Shown: positions 1-7,554 of the stretch, piece by piece
How positions within the stretch are numbered: position 1 is the first letter of the stretch
How the letters are laid out: every line of letters starts with the position of its first letter
NCBI RefSeq assembly: GCF_007713685.1
Contig: NZ_VMRJ01000007.1
Location: 198,969-230,968 of the forward strand
Length of the DNA stretch: 32,000 nt
Direction of reading: 5' to 3'
DNA from: Hymenobacter setariae
GTDB lineage: Bacteria; Bacteroidota; Bacteroidia; Cytophagales; Hymenobacteraceae
The notes under the pieces: model-generated
The model's database searches: none
The model's input: the letters and a program-made list of their open reading frames with translations, nothing else
What the model was told of the DNA's origin: nothing
Made by a program: the position numbers and the translations under genes

Positions 1-44
1 ACGGTAGAGCGGAGCATGTGCATACCTAGGCTTCTTTATTATTC

Positions 45-908
45 TTACAGCCGCACCAGTACATCGCGCACCTGCTCCATCAGCCACATGGGCGTGCTTG
101 TAGCTCCACAAATACCAACCGACTGCCCTGGCCCAAACCAAGAGGGACATATCTCGTCGGTTTTTGAAATAAAGTGCGTGCACGGATTGGTTTCCTTACA
201 CACCTGGTACAGCACCTTGCCATTAGAACTCTTCGTGCCCGATACAAAGACCACCTGGTCGAACTGCGCCGCAAAGCGCCGCAAGTCCAGGTCGCGGTTG
301 CTCACCTGCCGGCAAATGGTGTCGTGTGCCGTTACCGAGTGCCCGCGGCTTTCGAGCTCGGTCTTAATCGTGTAAAATGACTCCGTGCTCTTTGTCGTCT
401 GGCTATATAGCGTAATGTTGGCGGGCAGTTCGTGGTGCAGCAGCTCTTCTAGGTTCTCAAACACGATGGCTTCGCCACTGGTCTGCCCCAGCAAGCCGCG
501 CACCTCGGCGTGGCCGTGCTTGCCGTAGATGAATAATTTTTCGCGCCGGTCGAAGCTCGCCTTGATGCGGTTTTGCAGTTTCAGCACTACGGGGCAACTG
601 GCGTCAATCAGCGTCAGGTTGTTGACCAAAGCCTGCTGGTAGGTGCTGGGTGGCTCACCGTGCGCCCGAATCAGTACGGCCTCATCGCGCAATACAGCCA
701 GCTGCTCGTAGTCGATGATACGTAAGCCCTTGGCTTCTAGGCGCTGCACCTCCTCATCGTTGTGCACAATGTCGCCTAGGCAATACAAATAGCCCTGCTC
801 GTCGAGCAGGTCCTCGGCCATCTGAATGGCGTAAATCACGCCAAAGCAAAAGCCGGAGTTAGAATCGATGCGAACACTGAGGTGCAAACCGGACTGCATA
901 TCGCTCAA
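45..908 (-). CDS. ispH: 4-hydroxy-3-methylbut-2-enyl diphosphate reductase (IspH/LytB)
   Basis: The 287-aa ORF has typical IspH length. The N-terminus ...SGFCFGV..AI (first cluster Cys), HGEPP, the ASCP.V (second Cys) motif and the C-terminal SSN..L motif match the LytB family. Confidence 0.9.
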   Translation of the reverse strand: MSDMQSGLHLSVRIDSNSGFCFGVIYAIQMAEDLLDEQGYLYCLGDIVHNDEEVQRLEAKGLRIIDYEQLAVLRDEAVLIRAHGEPPSTYQQALVNNLTLIDASCPVVLKLQNRIKASFDRREKLFIYGKHGHAEVRGLLGQTSGEAIVFENLEELLHHELPANITLYSQTTKSTESFYTIKTELESRGHSVTAHDTICRQVSNRDLDLRRFAAQFDQVVFVSGTKSSNGKVLYQVCKETNPCTHFISKTDEICPSWFGPGQSVGICGATSTPMWLMEQVRDVLVRL

Positions 909-984
909 CTAACTAAAAAGGCCGGCCGAAGGTTGCTTTATTACGTTAGTAATTAGCCTTAAATCTAGGTCGCCCCTAGGTGTC

Positions 985-1578
985 TTAGCTACTTTTTACT
1001 TGCGACAGCTGCGCGGCCTGCGCTTCTGACACGTGCCCACGGTCTACCAGAAAGCCACGTACCGTGCGGAAGGCTTCATCATCGAGGCCCGAGCGCGGAT
1101 GTTGTAGAGCCGCCGCTACCAAAAACGCCTTGTCTTCGTCTACATGCTTGCTCAGCCCTAGGAAGGGCGGCAGATTGCTCTCAACCGAGAATCGGAGAAA
1201 ACGAATTTCTGCATTGGTAGGGTCCAGTGTCACAGCCTGCTCGAAGGTGCGGGCCGCCTGCTGCACATAAGTCAGCTTGTTGAGCATCGACGCGTCGCGC
1301 GCCTTAATAGCTTCAGAGGCAGCCTTGTATCCTAGCACCAATGCCTCCTGCCCTTTGTAACCGTGCAACAGGTCATAAAATTTTTCACCGGCCTCTTTAT
1401 TAGCGGCAGCTTGCTCGTAGTGGCGGCGCAAGGCAGCCGGATTGGAAGGCGACATGGGAAGCAGAATGAACGTTTGATGAGGCGCAAAACGCCTAGAAAT
1501 AGAATGTAGATGCTTATTATTCAAAGCGTTGCTAGTAACACCGAGCAGCAAAAAGGGAATAAGCAGCAATTTTCTCAT
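985..1578 (-). CDS. hypothetical secreted helical (TPR-like) protein
   Basis: The 197-aa ORF has an N-terminal signal peptide (MRKLLLIPFLLLGVTSNA) and an Ala/Leu-rich helical-repeat-like body. It lies between ispH and crtB on the same strand. No family was recognised. Confidence 0.6.
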   Translation of the reverse strand: MRKLLLIPFLLLGVTSNALNNKHLHSISRRFAPHQTFILLPMSPSNPAALRRHYEQAAANKEAGEKFYDLLHGYKGQEALVLGYKAASEAIKARDASMLNKLTYVQQAARTFEQAVTLDPTNAEIRFLRFSVESNLPPFLGLSKHVDEDKAFLVAAALQHPRSGLDDEAFRTVRGFLVDRGHVSEAQAAQLSQVKSS

Positions 1579-1668
1579 GGTCCCAAAGCTACATCACCGC
1601 TCACAGTAAGGTTCGGCAACGAGCTGGGATACACGCTTTTTTTAGTACTGCCGAGGTAGACCTAGATG

Positions 1669-2514
1669 CTACCCCACCAGCCGCAACCGATACCGCAGCC
1701 ATGAGCCGAGCAGTAACAGCAGCTTGGTATTATCGGGCAGGCGTACGCGCTCGGCCAGCACTTGGGCCGCTGGTGCCTGCCGCAGCTTATAAAATAGCTT
1801 GAGGTAATACACGTAGGCCAAGTGCACGCCCAGCCGCGCCGAGCGCGGCAACTGCTGAATGCCTACATAGGCCGCCTCAAAGTCGGCTCGGATGTCGGCC
1901 TCTATCGTCCGCTTGGTCTCATTGTCGAACTGCTCGTAGCGCAGCCCCGGGAAGTACACGCGCCCCCGGTCTTCGTAGTCCGAGCGGATATCGCGCAGAA
2001 AGTTGACCTTTTGAAAAGCGGCCCCTAGGCGCCTTGCGGGCTCACGCAACTGCTCAAACCGGGCTGGCTCTTGGTGGCAAAATACGCGCAGGCACATTAG
2101 GCCCACCACTTCGGCCGAGCCATAGATGTATTTTTCGTACAGCTCCTGGCGGTAGTTGCGGTCCTCTAGGTCCATCTCCATGCTGCGCAAAAACGCATCG
2201 ATGAACTCGTGGTCAATGCCGTACTCATTCACCGCCCATTGAAAGGCGTGCAGCACGGGGTTCAGGCTAAAGCCAGCAGCAATGGCCGCGTAGGTATCGT
2301 GCTCAAACGTGGCCAGCAGCGCCGCTTTGTCGTGGCTGTGGAAGGTGTCCACTATCTCATCGGCCCAGCGCACAAAGCCATAAATAGCATAGATAGCCCG
2401 GTGCAACTCCTTATCTAAGGTACGGATACCCAAGGAGAAGGACGTGCTATAGCGCCGCGTGATGAGCTGGGCACACGCTAAACTAGTGTCAGTAAACAGC
2501 TGTTCGTGGTTCAC
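1669..2514 (-). CDS. crtB: phytoene synthase (squalene/phytoene synthase family)
   Basis: 281 aa. It has YSTSFSLGIR, the first Asp-rich region FVRWADEIVD and a later acidic segment (NFLRDIRSDYEDRGRVYFP). It lies directly downstream of crtI. Confidence 0.9.
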   Translation of the reverse strand: MNHEQLFTDTSLACAQLITRRYSTSFSLGIRTLDKELHRAIYAIYGFVRWADEIVDTFHSHDKAALLATFEHDTYAAIAAGFSLNPVLHAFQWAVNEYGIDHEFIDAFLRSMEMDLEDRNYRQELYEKYIYGSAEVVGLMCLRVFCHQEPARFEQLREPARRLGAAFQKVNFLRDIRSDYEDRGRVYFPGLRYEQFDNETKRTIEADIRADFEAAYVGIQQLPRSARLGVHLAYVYYLKLFYKLRQAPAAQVLAERVRLPDNTKLLLLLGSWLRYRLRLVG

Positions 2515-2616
2515 GGATGAGGACTAAATATGCCGCCAAAAGTACAAGAACGGCTATTTTCTCGCTACTTACTTTGCTTGCGGACCAATAGTTCTGGTTA
2601 TTGCCAACCTAGGGCG

Positions 2617-4086
2617 CTACTTTATTTCCTTTAGCACTTCACCTGCTACTACCTGGCCCGATATCAGGGAAGGCGGCACGCCCGGCCCCGGCACCGTAAG
2701 CTGGCCGGTAAAGTACAGGTTATTGACCTTCTTGCTTTTGAGCGTTGGCTTCAAGATAGCCGTCTGTTTCAACGTGTTAGCCAATCCGTAGGCGTTGCCT
2801 TTGAAAGAGTGATAATCGGCTACAAAGTCGCGGTGGGCATAGCTGCGCTTGTACACCACATGCTCGCGAATGGGGTGGCCGCAATGCTTTTCGAGCCGGT
2901 CCATTAGCAAATTATAATATTTCTCGCGTGTGGCCTCAGGGTCATCGAGGTCCGGCGCCACCGGAATAAGCAGGAACAAGTTTTCCTGGCCAGCGGGCGC
3001 CACCGTGGAGTCAGTCTTGCTGGGTACCGAGGCGTAGAACAGCGGCCGGCTGGGCCACTGCGGCGCCTCGTATATCTCGTGCGCGTGCTGCGAAAAATCT
3101 TCGTCAAAGAAGAGATTGTGATGCAGCAGGTTATCCAGCGGGCGATTCACACCTAGGTAGAACAGCAGCGACGAAGGCGCCATCGTGCGCGAGTCCCAGT
3201 ACGCCGGCGAGTAATGACGATATTCTGGCGCCAGCACTTGCTGCTCTATGTGCTGGTAGTCGGCCCCGGCCACCACGGCATCGGCCGGCCAAAAGCCGGT
3301 AGCCGTGCGCACACCAGTGGTGCGGCCCTGGGTTACCACTATCTCCTGCACCTCTTGGTTGTACTCGATTTTCACGCCTAGCTCCTCGGCCACCGCCACC
3401 ATGCCACGCACTATCTGGTGCATGCCGCCCTTGGGATACCAGGTACCTAGGGCCAGGTCGGCGTAGTTCATGAGTGAGTACAGCGCCGGCGTGTTCTCGG
3501 GCGTAGCGCCCAAGAACAATACCGGAAACTCAATGAGCTTGAGCAGCTTGGGGTGGCTAAAGAACTTGCGGGCGTGCTTGGCCATGCTTTGCAGCAGGTC
3601 GAGTCGCACCGCGCCCTTCACTATTTCCCAGTCCACAAACTCCAGCACAGAGCGGCTAGGCAAGTGCACAAATTTGTTGATGCCTACCTCGTATTTATAC
3701 GCCGCCTGGGCCAAGAATTCATCGAGCCGCGCCGCGCTGCCGGGCTCTAGCTCCTCAAACAGCTGCCGCAGCTGCGGCATGCCCGCCGGTATACCTAGGG
3801 TGTCCTTGTCGCCAAAAATGACCTGATACGATGGGTCGAGCCGCACTAGCTCATAATAGTCTGATACCTTTTTGCCGAACTGCTTAAAGTAGTCCTCAAA
3901 CACGCCCGGCATCCAGTACCAGCTCGGGCCCATGTCAAACGTAAACCTCTCGGCCTCAAACACCCGGGCTCGGCCGCCCGGCCCGGCGTTTTTTTCGAGC
4001 AGTGTGACTTGCCACCCGGCCCGAGCCAGAAAAGAGGCCGCCGATAAACCGGCAAAGCCGGCACCTATTACTATCGCCTGGGGCAC
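2617..4086 (-). CDS. crtI: phytoene desaturase (CrtI type)
   Basis: 489 aa. The N-terminal Rossmann fold is IVIGAGFAGLSAA..LLEKN.GPGGRA. The C-terminal FAD motif is LYFTGQLTVPGPGVPPSLISGQ. Length and layout are typical of bacterial CrtI. Confidence 0.9.
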   Translation of the reverse strand: MPQAIVIGAGFAGLSAASFLARAGWQVTLLEKNAGPGGRARVFEAERFTFDMGPSWYWMPGVFEDYFKQFGKKVSDYYELVRLDPSYQVIFGDKDTLGIPAGMPQLRQLFEELEPGSAARLDEFLAQAAYKYEVGINKFVHLPSRSVLEFVDWEIVKGAVRLDLLQSMAKHARKFFSHPKLLKLIEFPVLFLGATPENTPALYSLMNYADLALGTWYPKGGMHQIVRGMVAVAEELGVKIEYNQEVQEIVVTQGRTTGVRTATGFWPADAVVAGADYQHIEQQVLAPEYRHYSPAYWDSRTMAPSSLLFYLGVNRPLDNLLHHNLFFDEDFSQHAHEIYEAPQWPSRPLFYASVPSKTDSTVAPAGQENLFLLIPVAPDLDDPEATREKYYNLLMDRLEKHCGHPIREHVVYKRSYAHRDFVADYHSFKGNAYGLANTLKQTAILKPTLKSKKVNNLYFTGQLTVPGPGVPPSLISGQVVAGEVLKEIK

Positions 4087-4167
4087 TTTTTAGTGATTAG
4101 TGGTTAGGTAGTAGTGATTTCACAATCAGTTATCAAGCACTAATAACTAACCATTAATCACTAAAAA
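4087..4167. promoter_or_regulatory. AT-rich inverted repeat in the crtI upstream region (candidate operator/promoter)
   Basis: tttttagtgattagtggttag (4087-4107) and ctaaccattaatcactaaaaa (4147-4167) are reverse complements with one mismatch. tagtgatt is also directly repeated at 4091 and 4112. The element sits between the sigma-gene terminator and the crtI start. Confidence 0.35.
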
Positions 4168-4204
4168 CGAGAGCCGCGCCTTCCGAACTGGCGGAAGGCG
4201 CGGC
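4163..4204 (-). terminator. rho-independent terminator after the sigma factor gene
   Basis: A 13-bp GC-rich stem (gccgcgccttccg at 4173-4185 with cggaaggcgcggc at 4192-4204) is followed on the minus strand by ctcgttttt. Confidence 0.55.
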
Positions 4205-4232
4205 CCTTTACAACGCAAAACGCGGCGGCAAG

Positions 4233-4793
4233 TTAGTCTTGCTCCGGCTCATCAAGAAGTACGGCTCCGGCGCGGTCGGCCCCAGCAGGGGCATACACGT
4301 GCAGAGCAGCTTTTAAGTCCTTGCGGGCGATGTGAATACGATTCTTCACAGTGCCAATCGGGATTTGCAGCTTCTCCGCAATCTCTAGGTACTTGTAGCC
4401 GATATAGTACATCATAAACGGCGTGCGGTAATCCGAGCCTAGGCTGGCAATGGCCTCGTTGATGTCGCGCACCACGAAATCGGTCGTTGCCCCGTTGTGC
4501 GTGATGTAGTTCTCGTCGGTATTGAAGTACTGGAAATACTCAGTCGAATCGATGTTCGAGCTGCGCTTGGTAATCTTGTTATAGTTGTTAATGAAGGTGT
4601 TGCGCATGATGGTGTACAACCATGCCTTCAAATTGGTACCAGCCTTAAATTTATCTTTGTTAAGCAGCGCTTTGAGTAGCGTTTCCTGGACTAAGTCCTT
4701 GGCATCGTCAGCGTCGCGGGTGAGGTTCATCGCCACGGGGCGGAGCGATGAAGATATTTTCTGCACTTGGGAAGTGAATTCCAGAGAAGTCAT
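4233..4793 (-). CDS. ECF-type RNA polymerase sigma-70 family factor
   Basis: Region 2 is DLVQETLLKALLNKDKF....LKAWLYTIMRNTFIN. Region 4 HTH is YLEIAEKLQIPIGTVKNRIHIARKDL. The ORF extends to 4838, but the Met at 4793 (MTSLEF...) gives a family-typical length. Confidence 0.85.
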   Translation of the reverse strand: MTSLEFTSQVQKISSSLRPVAMNLTRDADDAKDLVQETLLKALLNKDKFKAGTNLKAWLYTIMRNTFINNYNKITKRSSNIDSTEYFQYFNTDENYITHNGATTDFVVRDINEAIASLGSDYRTPFMMYYIGYKYLEIAEKLQIPIGTVKNRIHIARKDLKAALHVYAPAGADRAGAVLLDEPEQD

Positions 4794-4946
4794 ATTGTTG
4801 AAGGGTTCGTAGCAGAATCTTAAACAAAGGTAGACCACAAGTGAGAAAAACGGCTCGATAGCAGCAGTTTTTTTTGAATACCTGCGCCAACCCGCGTAGC
4901 CCCGCCCGATTACGCAAATAAGAGACGCTTAGGTCGTGGTCTTGCT

Positions 4947-5867
4947 TTACTTTTCTGTTAACTGCGCTTCAACTACTTGATTTATAACGGGAATTAAATC
5001 ACGAAATTCGTGTAGGCATGCCATTGGCAAGCAGCCCTCGGGTAGCTGTTTGGCTTGTACCGCCAGTGTCCCGAATAATAGTAGCGTAGCATCGGGGTAC
5101 TGCTTGCGCAGCTCGTCGGCATAGTTGTTTAACTGAGCACGAGCCGGCGTAGTGGTAAGCACGGTAGCCAGCACGGTGGGCTGGAAAGTCCGCGCCGCCG
5201 CTATGATGTCGGGCAGCGGCAGGTTGGGCCCTAGATACAGCACTTGCTGGCCGCGGGCCCGCAGGGCGTAGTTCATGAAGAGCAAGGCCAGCTCTTGCCA
5301 CTCGCCCTCAGGCAGGAAAAGCAGCCAGCGGGGTGCATCGGCTTGGCTGAGCGGAATCAGGGGCAAAGCATCGGCCGAGGCCATTAGCTCTTGGCGCAGC
5401 AGTTGCGCCACTAGGCGCTCTTGAGCCACGCTCAGTGAGCCTTCCTTCCACGACACACTCAGGCGCTGTAGCAGGGGGTAGCCGAGCCGCAGCAGGGCGT
5501 CTTCAGGGCCAAGCTGCTCGATGGCTTCATCGAAAAGGCGGTGCAGGCGGGGCTCGTCGAGGTCGAGTGTAGCGCCCAGCATGGCATTGAGGCGGGCAAA
5601 ATCGGCGGGCTGAACTTCGTTGCAAAGCGACAAGGCAGCGGTTTGGCACTCCTCTTCGCTTAGGCGCACCACCTGCGAAATGCGCTGCCCACGCGCGCAC
5701 AGTGCCGCTACGTTGAGCAGGCGGCGCAAGTCAGCCTCCCCATAGGTGCGGATATTGGTAGTAGTACGGCTGGGGCTCAGCAAGTTGTAGCGTTGCTCCC
5801 AGATGCGAATAGTATGAGCTTTGACTCCAGAGAGTTGCTCTAAATCGCTGATAGAATAACGAGCCAC
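4947..5867 (-). CDS. MerR-family transcriptional regulator with a CarH/LitR-like C-terminal B12-binding-like domain (canonical His ligands absent)
   Basis: The N-terminal MerR HTH is YSISDLEQLSGVKAHTIRIWEQRY. The C-terminus has a four-helix-bundle-like segment with W-x9-E-R, then a Rossmann-like segment LFLPEGEWQELALLF..RARGQQVLYLGPNLPLPDII resembling the cobalamin-binding domain. Confidence 0.85.
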   Translation of the reverse strand: MARYSISDLEQLSGVKAHTIRIWEQRYNLLSPSRTTTNIRTYGEADLRRLLNVAALCARGQRISQVVRLSEEECQTAALSLCNEVQPADFARLNAMLGATLDLDEPRLHRLFDEAIEQLGPEDALLRLGYPLLQRLSVSWKEGSLSVAQERLVAQLLRQELMASADALPLIPLSQADAPRWLLFLPEGEWQELALLFMNYALRARGQQVLYLGPNLPLPDIIAAARTFQPTVLATVLTTTPARAQLNNYADELRKQYPDATLLLFGTLAVQAKQLPEGCLPMACLHEFRDLIPVINQVVEAQLTEK

Positions 5868-6052
5868 GAGATTAGTGAGTAATTGGATAGCTAAAATTTC
5901 CCGTCAGTAGCGCCCAGCTACGAGCTTCGAATGGGAAAGACCTAGGTAATAAGTTGATGATTGGATAGGATATAAAATAGTTGATTGTGTCAAATTGAAT
6001 AAGCCACAAACCTATTAAATGTTTTTAACTAGGGGGCAATGCGTCTGTCTGC

Positions 6053-6526
6053 TCATTGCTCACGCCGGGCGGCCTGCTGGCGCGCCAAGCGCAAGTATTT
6101 AGGTGATACCCAGAGCAGGCCAAACTCTTCAGAATGGTCGCGGCCCTGCGTTTTGTGGTGCATCTTGTGGGCCATGTTAAGAGCCCTTAGGTACACATTA
6201 TCAGTCTTTTTCCAGAAGGGTAGCCGGCCGTGAATTAGACCATCGTGCACAAAAAAATACACAGTGCCATACGCTGCAATGCCTACCCCTACCCAGAACC
6301 ACCACCGGTCGCCATTGTCGCCGGTGACAAACAGCACGGCCGAAATGGCACCGTAAATAGCAAAAAACCAATCGTTGCGCTCAAAGGGCCGCGGGCTGGG
6401 CCGCACGTGGTGCGAGCGGTGCAGCACCCACAGCGGCCCATGCTGCACATACTTGTGCATAAACCACGCCCAAAATTCCATGAAGGCGAAGGTGGCGAGG
6501 ACGATAAGTAGATTAGCCATTAGCAA
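6053..6526 (-). CDS. crtZ: beta-carotene 3-hydroxylase (fatty acid hydroxylase superfamily)
   Basis: 157 aa. The four His clusters HKYVQH, HRSHH, HDGLIH and HKMHH have spacing typical of CrtZ. The start could be 6520 (MANLL). Confidence 0.85.
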   Translation of the reverse strand: MLMANLLIVLATFAFMEFWAWFMHKYVQHGPLWVLHRSHHVRPSPRPFERNDWFFAIYGAISAVLFVTGDNGDRWWFWVGVGIAAYGTVYFFVHDGLIHGRLPFWKKTDNVYLRALNMAHKMHHKTQGRDHSEEFGLLWVSPKYLRLARQQAARREQ

Positions 6527-6606
6527 TTAGCTGTTGGCTGTTAGTTTTTTATGCCAGTGCCGCTTTCAAAAAAAGCTAACAGCTAGCGACCAAAAGCCAA
6601 CAGCTA
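6527..6606 (-). terminator. imperfect long hairpin with T-runs between the enoyl-CoA hydratase gene and crtZ (terminator/attenuator-like)
   Basis: ttagctgttggctgttag (6527-6544) pairs with ctaacagc...gccaacagctaa (6576-6606). A/T runs lie on both sides. The pairing is interrupted by an insertion. Confidence 0.35.
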
Positions 6607-6615
6607 AAAAAATAA

Positions 6616-7422
6616 CTACCAGTCTATCTTCTCTTTGTTCAAAAACGCAGCGATGCCCCGGCGGTAATCATCGGCGGCGCGGGCGTCGGCATTGCGCTCA
6701 GCAGCGTAGCGCAGGCCTTCTTCCAAGCTCAGGGCGGGCAAATGAGCCAATAGCTCTTTTGTCATTTCCATGCTGTTGCCTGAGTTTTCGCGCACTAGGC
6801 GTAAGGCATATTCGCGCACCGCATCGGCTAGCTCGTCTTGCTCTACCAAAAAGGTAATGAGACCATAGTCAAGCGCTTGCTGCGCCGTGAAGACGTCGCC
6901 GCTGAGCAGCAGCTGCTTGGTGCGGGTTTCGCCGAGGCGGCGCACCAGAAATACGCTCACGATGGCCGGCAAGAAGCCGATTTTCACTTCCGTGAAGCCA
7001 AACTTGGCTTCGGGCACGGCAAAGGTGAAATCGCAGAGCGCGGCCAGGCCGCAGCCGCCAGCTAGGGCGTGGCCCTGCACCTGCCCGATTACCACCTTTT
7101 TAAGGGTATAAATTTGGTGAAACAGCTGCATCAGGTGCGTGCTATCGGCCAGATTTTCCTGGTAGGTATTAGCCTGTAGCTCTTGCAGATACTTGATGTC
7201 GGAACCAGCGCAGAAGACCTCGCCGCTTGCGCGCAAAATGATGACTTTAACGTCGTCGTCGGCTTCGGCAGTTTCAAAGGCTTGCTTCAGCTCAGTCACC
7301 ACATCGGCGCTGAGGGCATTGCGCTTGGCGGGGCGATTGAGTGTGATGTAAGCAAGGCGGCCGTCGACTTCGTACTGCAAGAAGCGCAGCGCCAACAACT
7401 CTTGGGTCGGATAATTTTCCAT
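6616..7422 (-). CDS. enoyl-CoA hydratase/isomerase (crotonase) family protein
   Basis: Contains ITLNRP.KRNAL, FCAGSDIK and the oxyanion-hole motif GHALAGGCGLA. The ORF runs to 7482, but the first 20 codons are hydrophobic junk and the Met at 7422 (MENYPT) gives the family-typical ~268 aa. Confidence 0.85.
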   Translation of the reverse strand: MENYPTQELLALRFLQYEVDGRLAYITLNRPAKRNALSADVVTELKQAFETAEADDDVKVIILRASGEVFCAGSDIKYLQELQANTYQENLADSTHLMQLFHQIYTLKKVVIGQVQGHALAGGCGLAALCDFTFAVPEAKFGFTEVKIGFLPAIVSVFLVRRLGETRTKQLLLSGDVFTAQQALDYGLITFLVEQDELADAVREYALRLVRENSGNSMEMTKELLAHLPALSLEEGLRYAAERNADARAADDYRRGIAAFLNKEKIDW

Positions 7423-7554
7423 AATAATAAATACGACGAAAGTTAATAAGCAGATGATGAGCGTAAACCCAGCCATGCGCAATATACTCGCTACACTCTA
7501 ACGCACCCGCACCTACCCTAGGGCAATTGGCGCGGTGGAAGTTCCCGGATAGGC

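Noticed and set aside
16-375. 119-aa plus-strand ORF at the window start
   Set aside because: It is entirely antisense to ispH, which has clear family motifs. There is no independent support.
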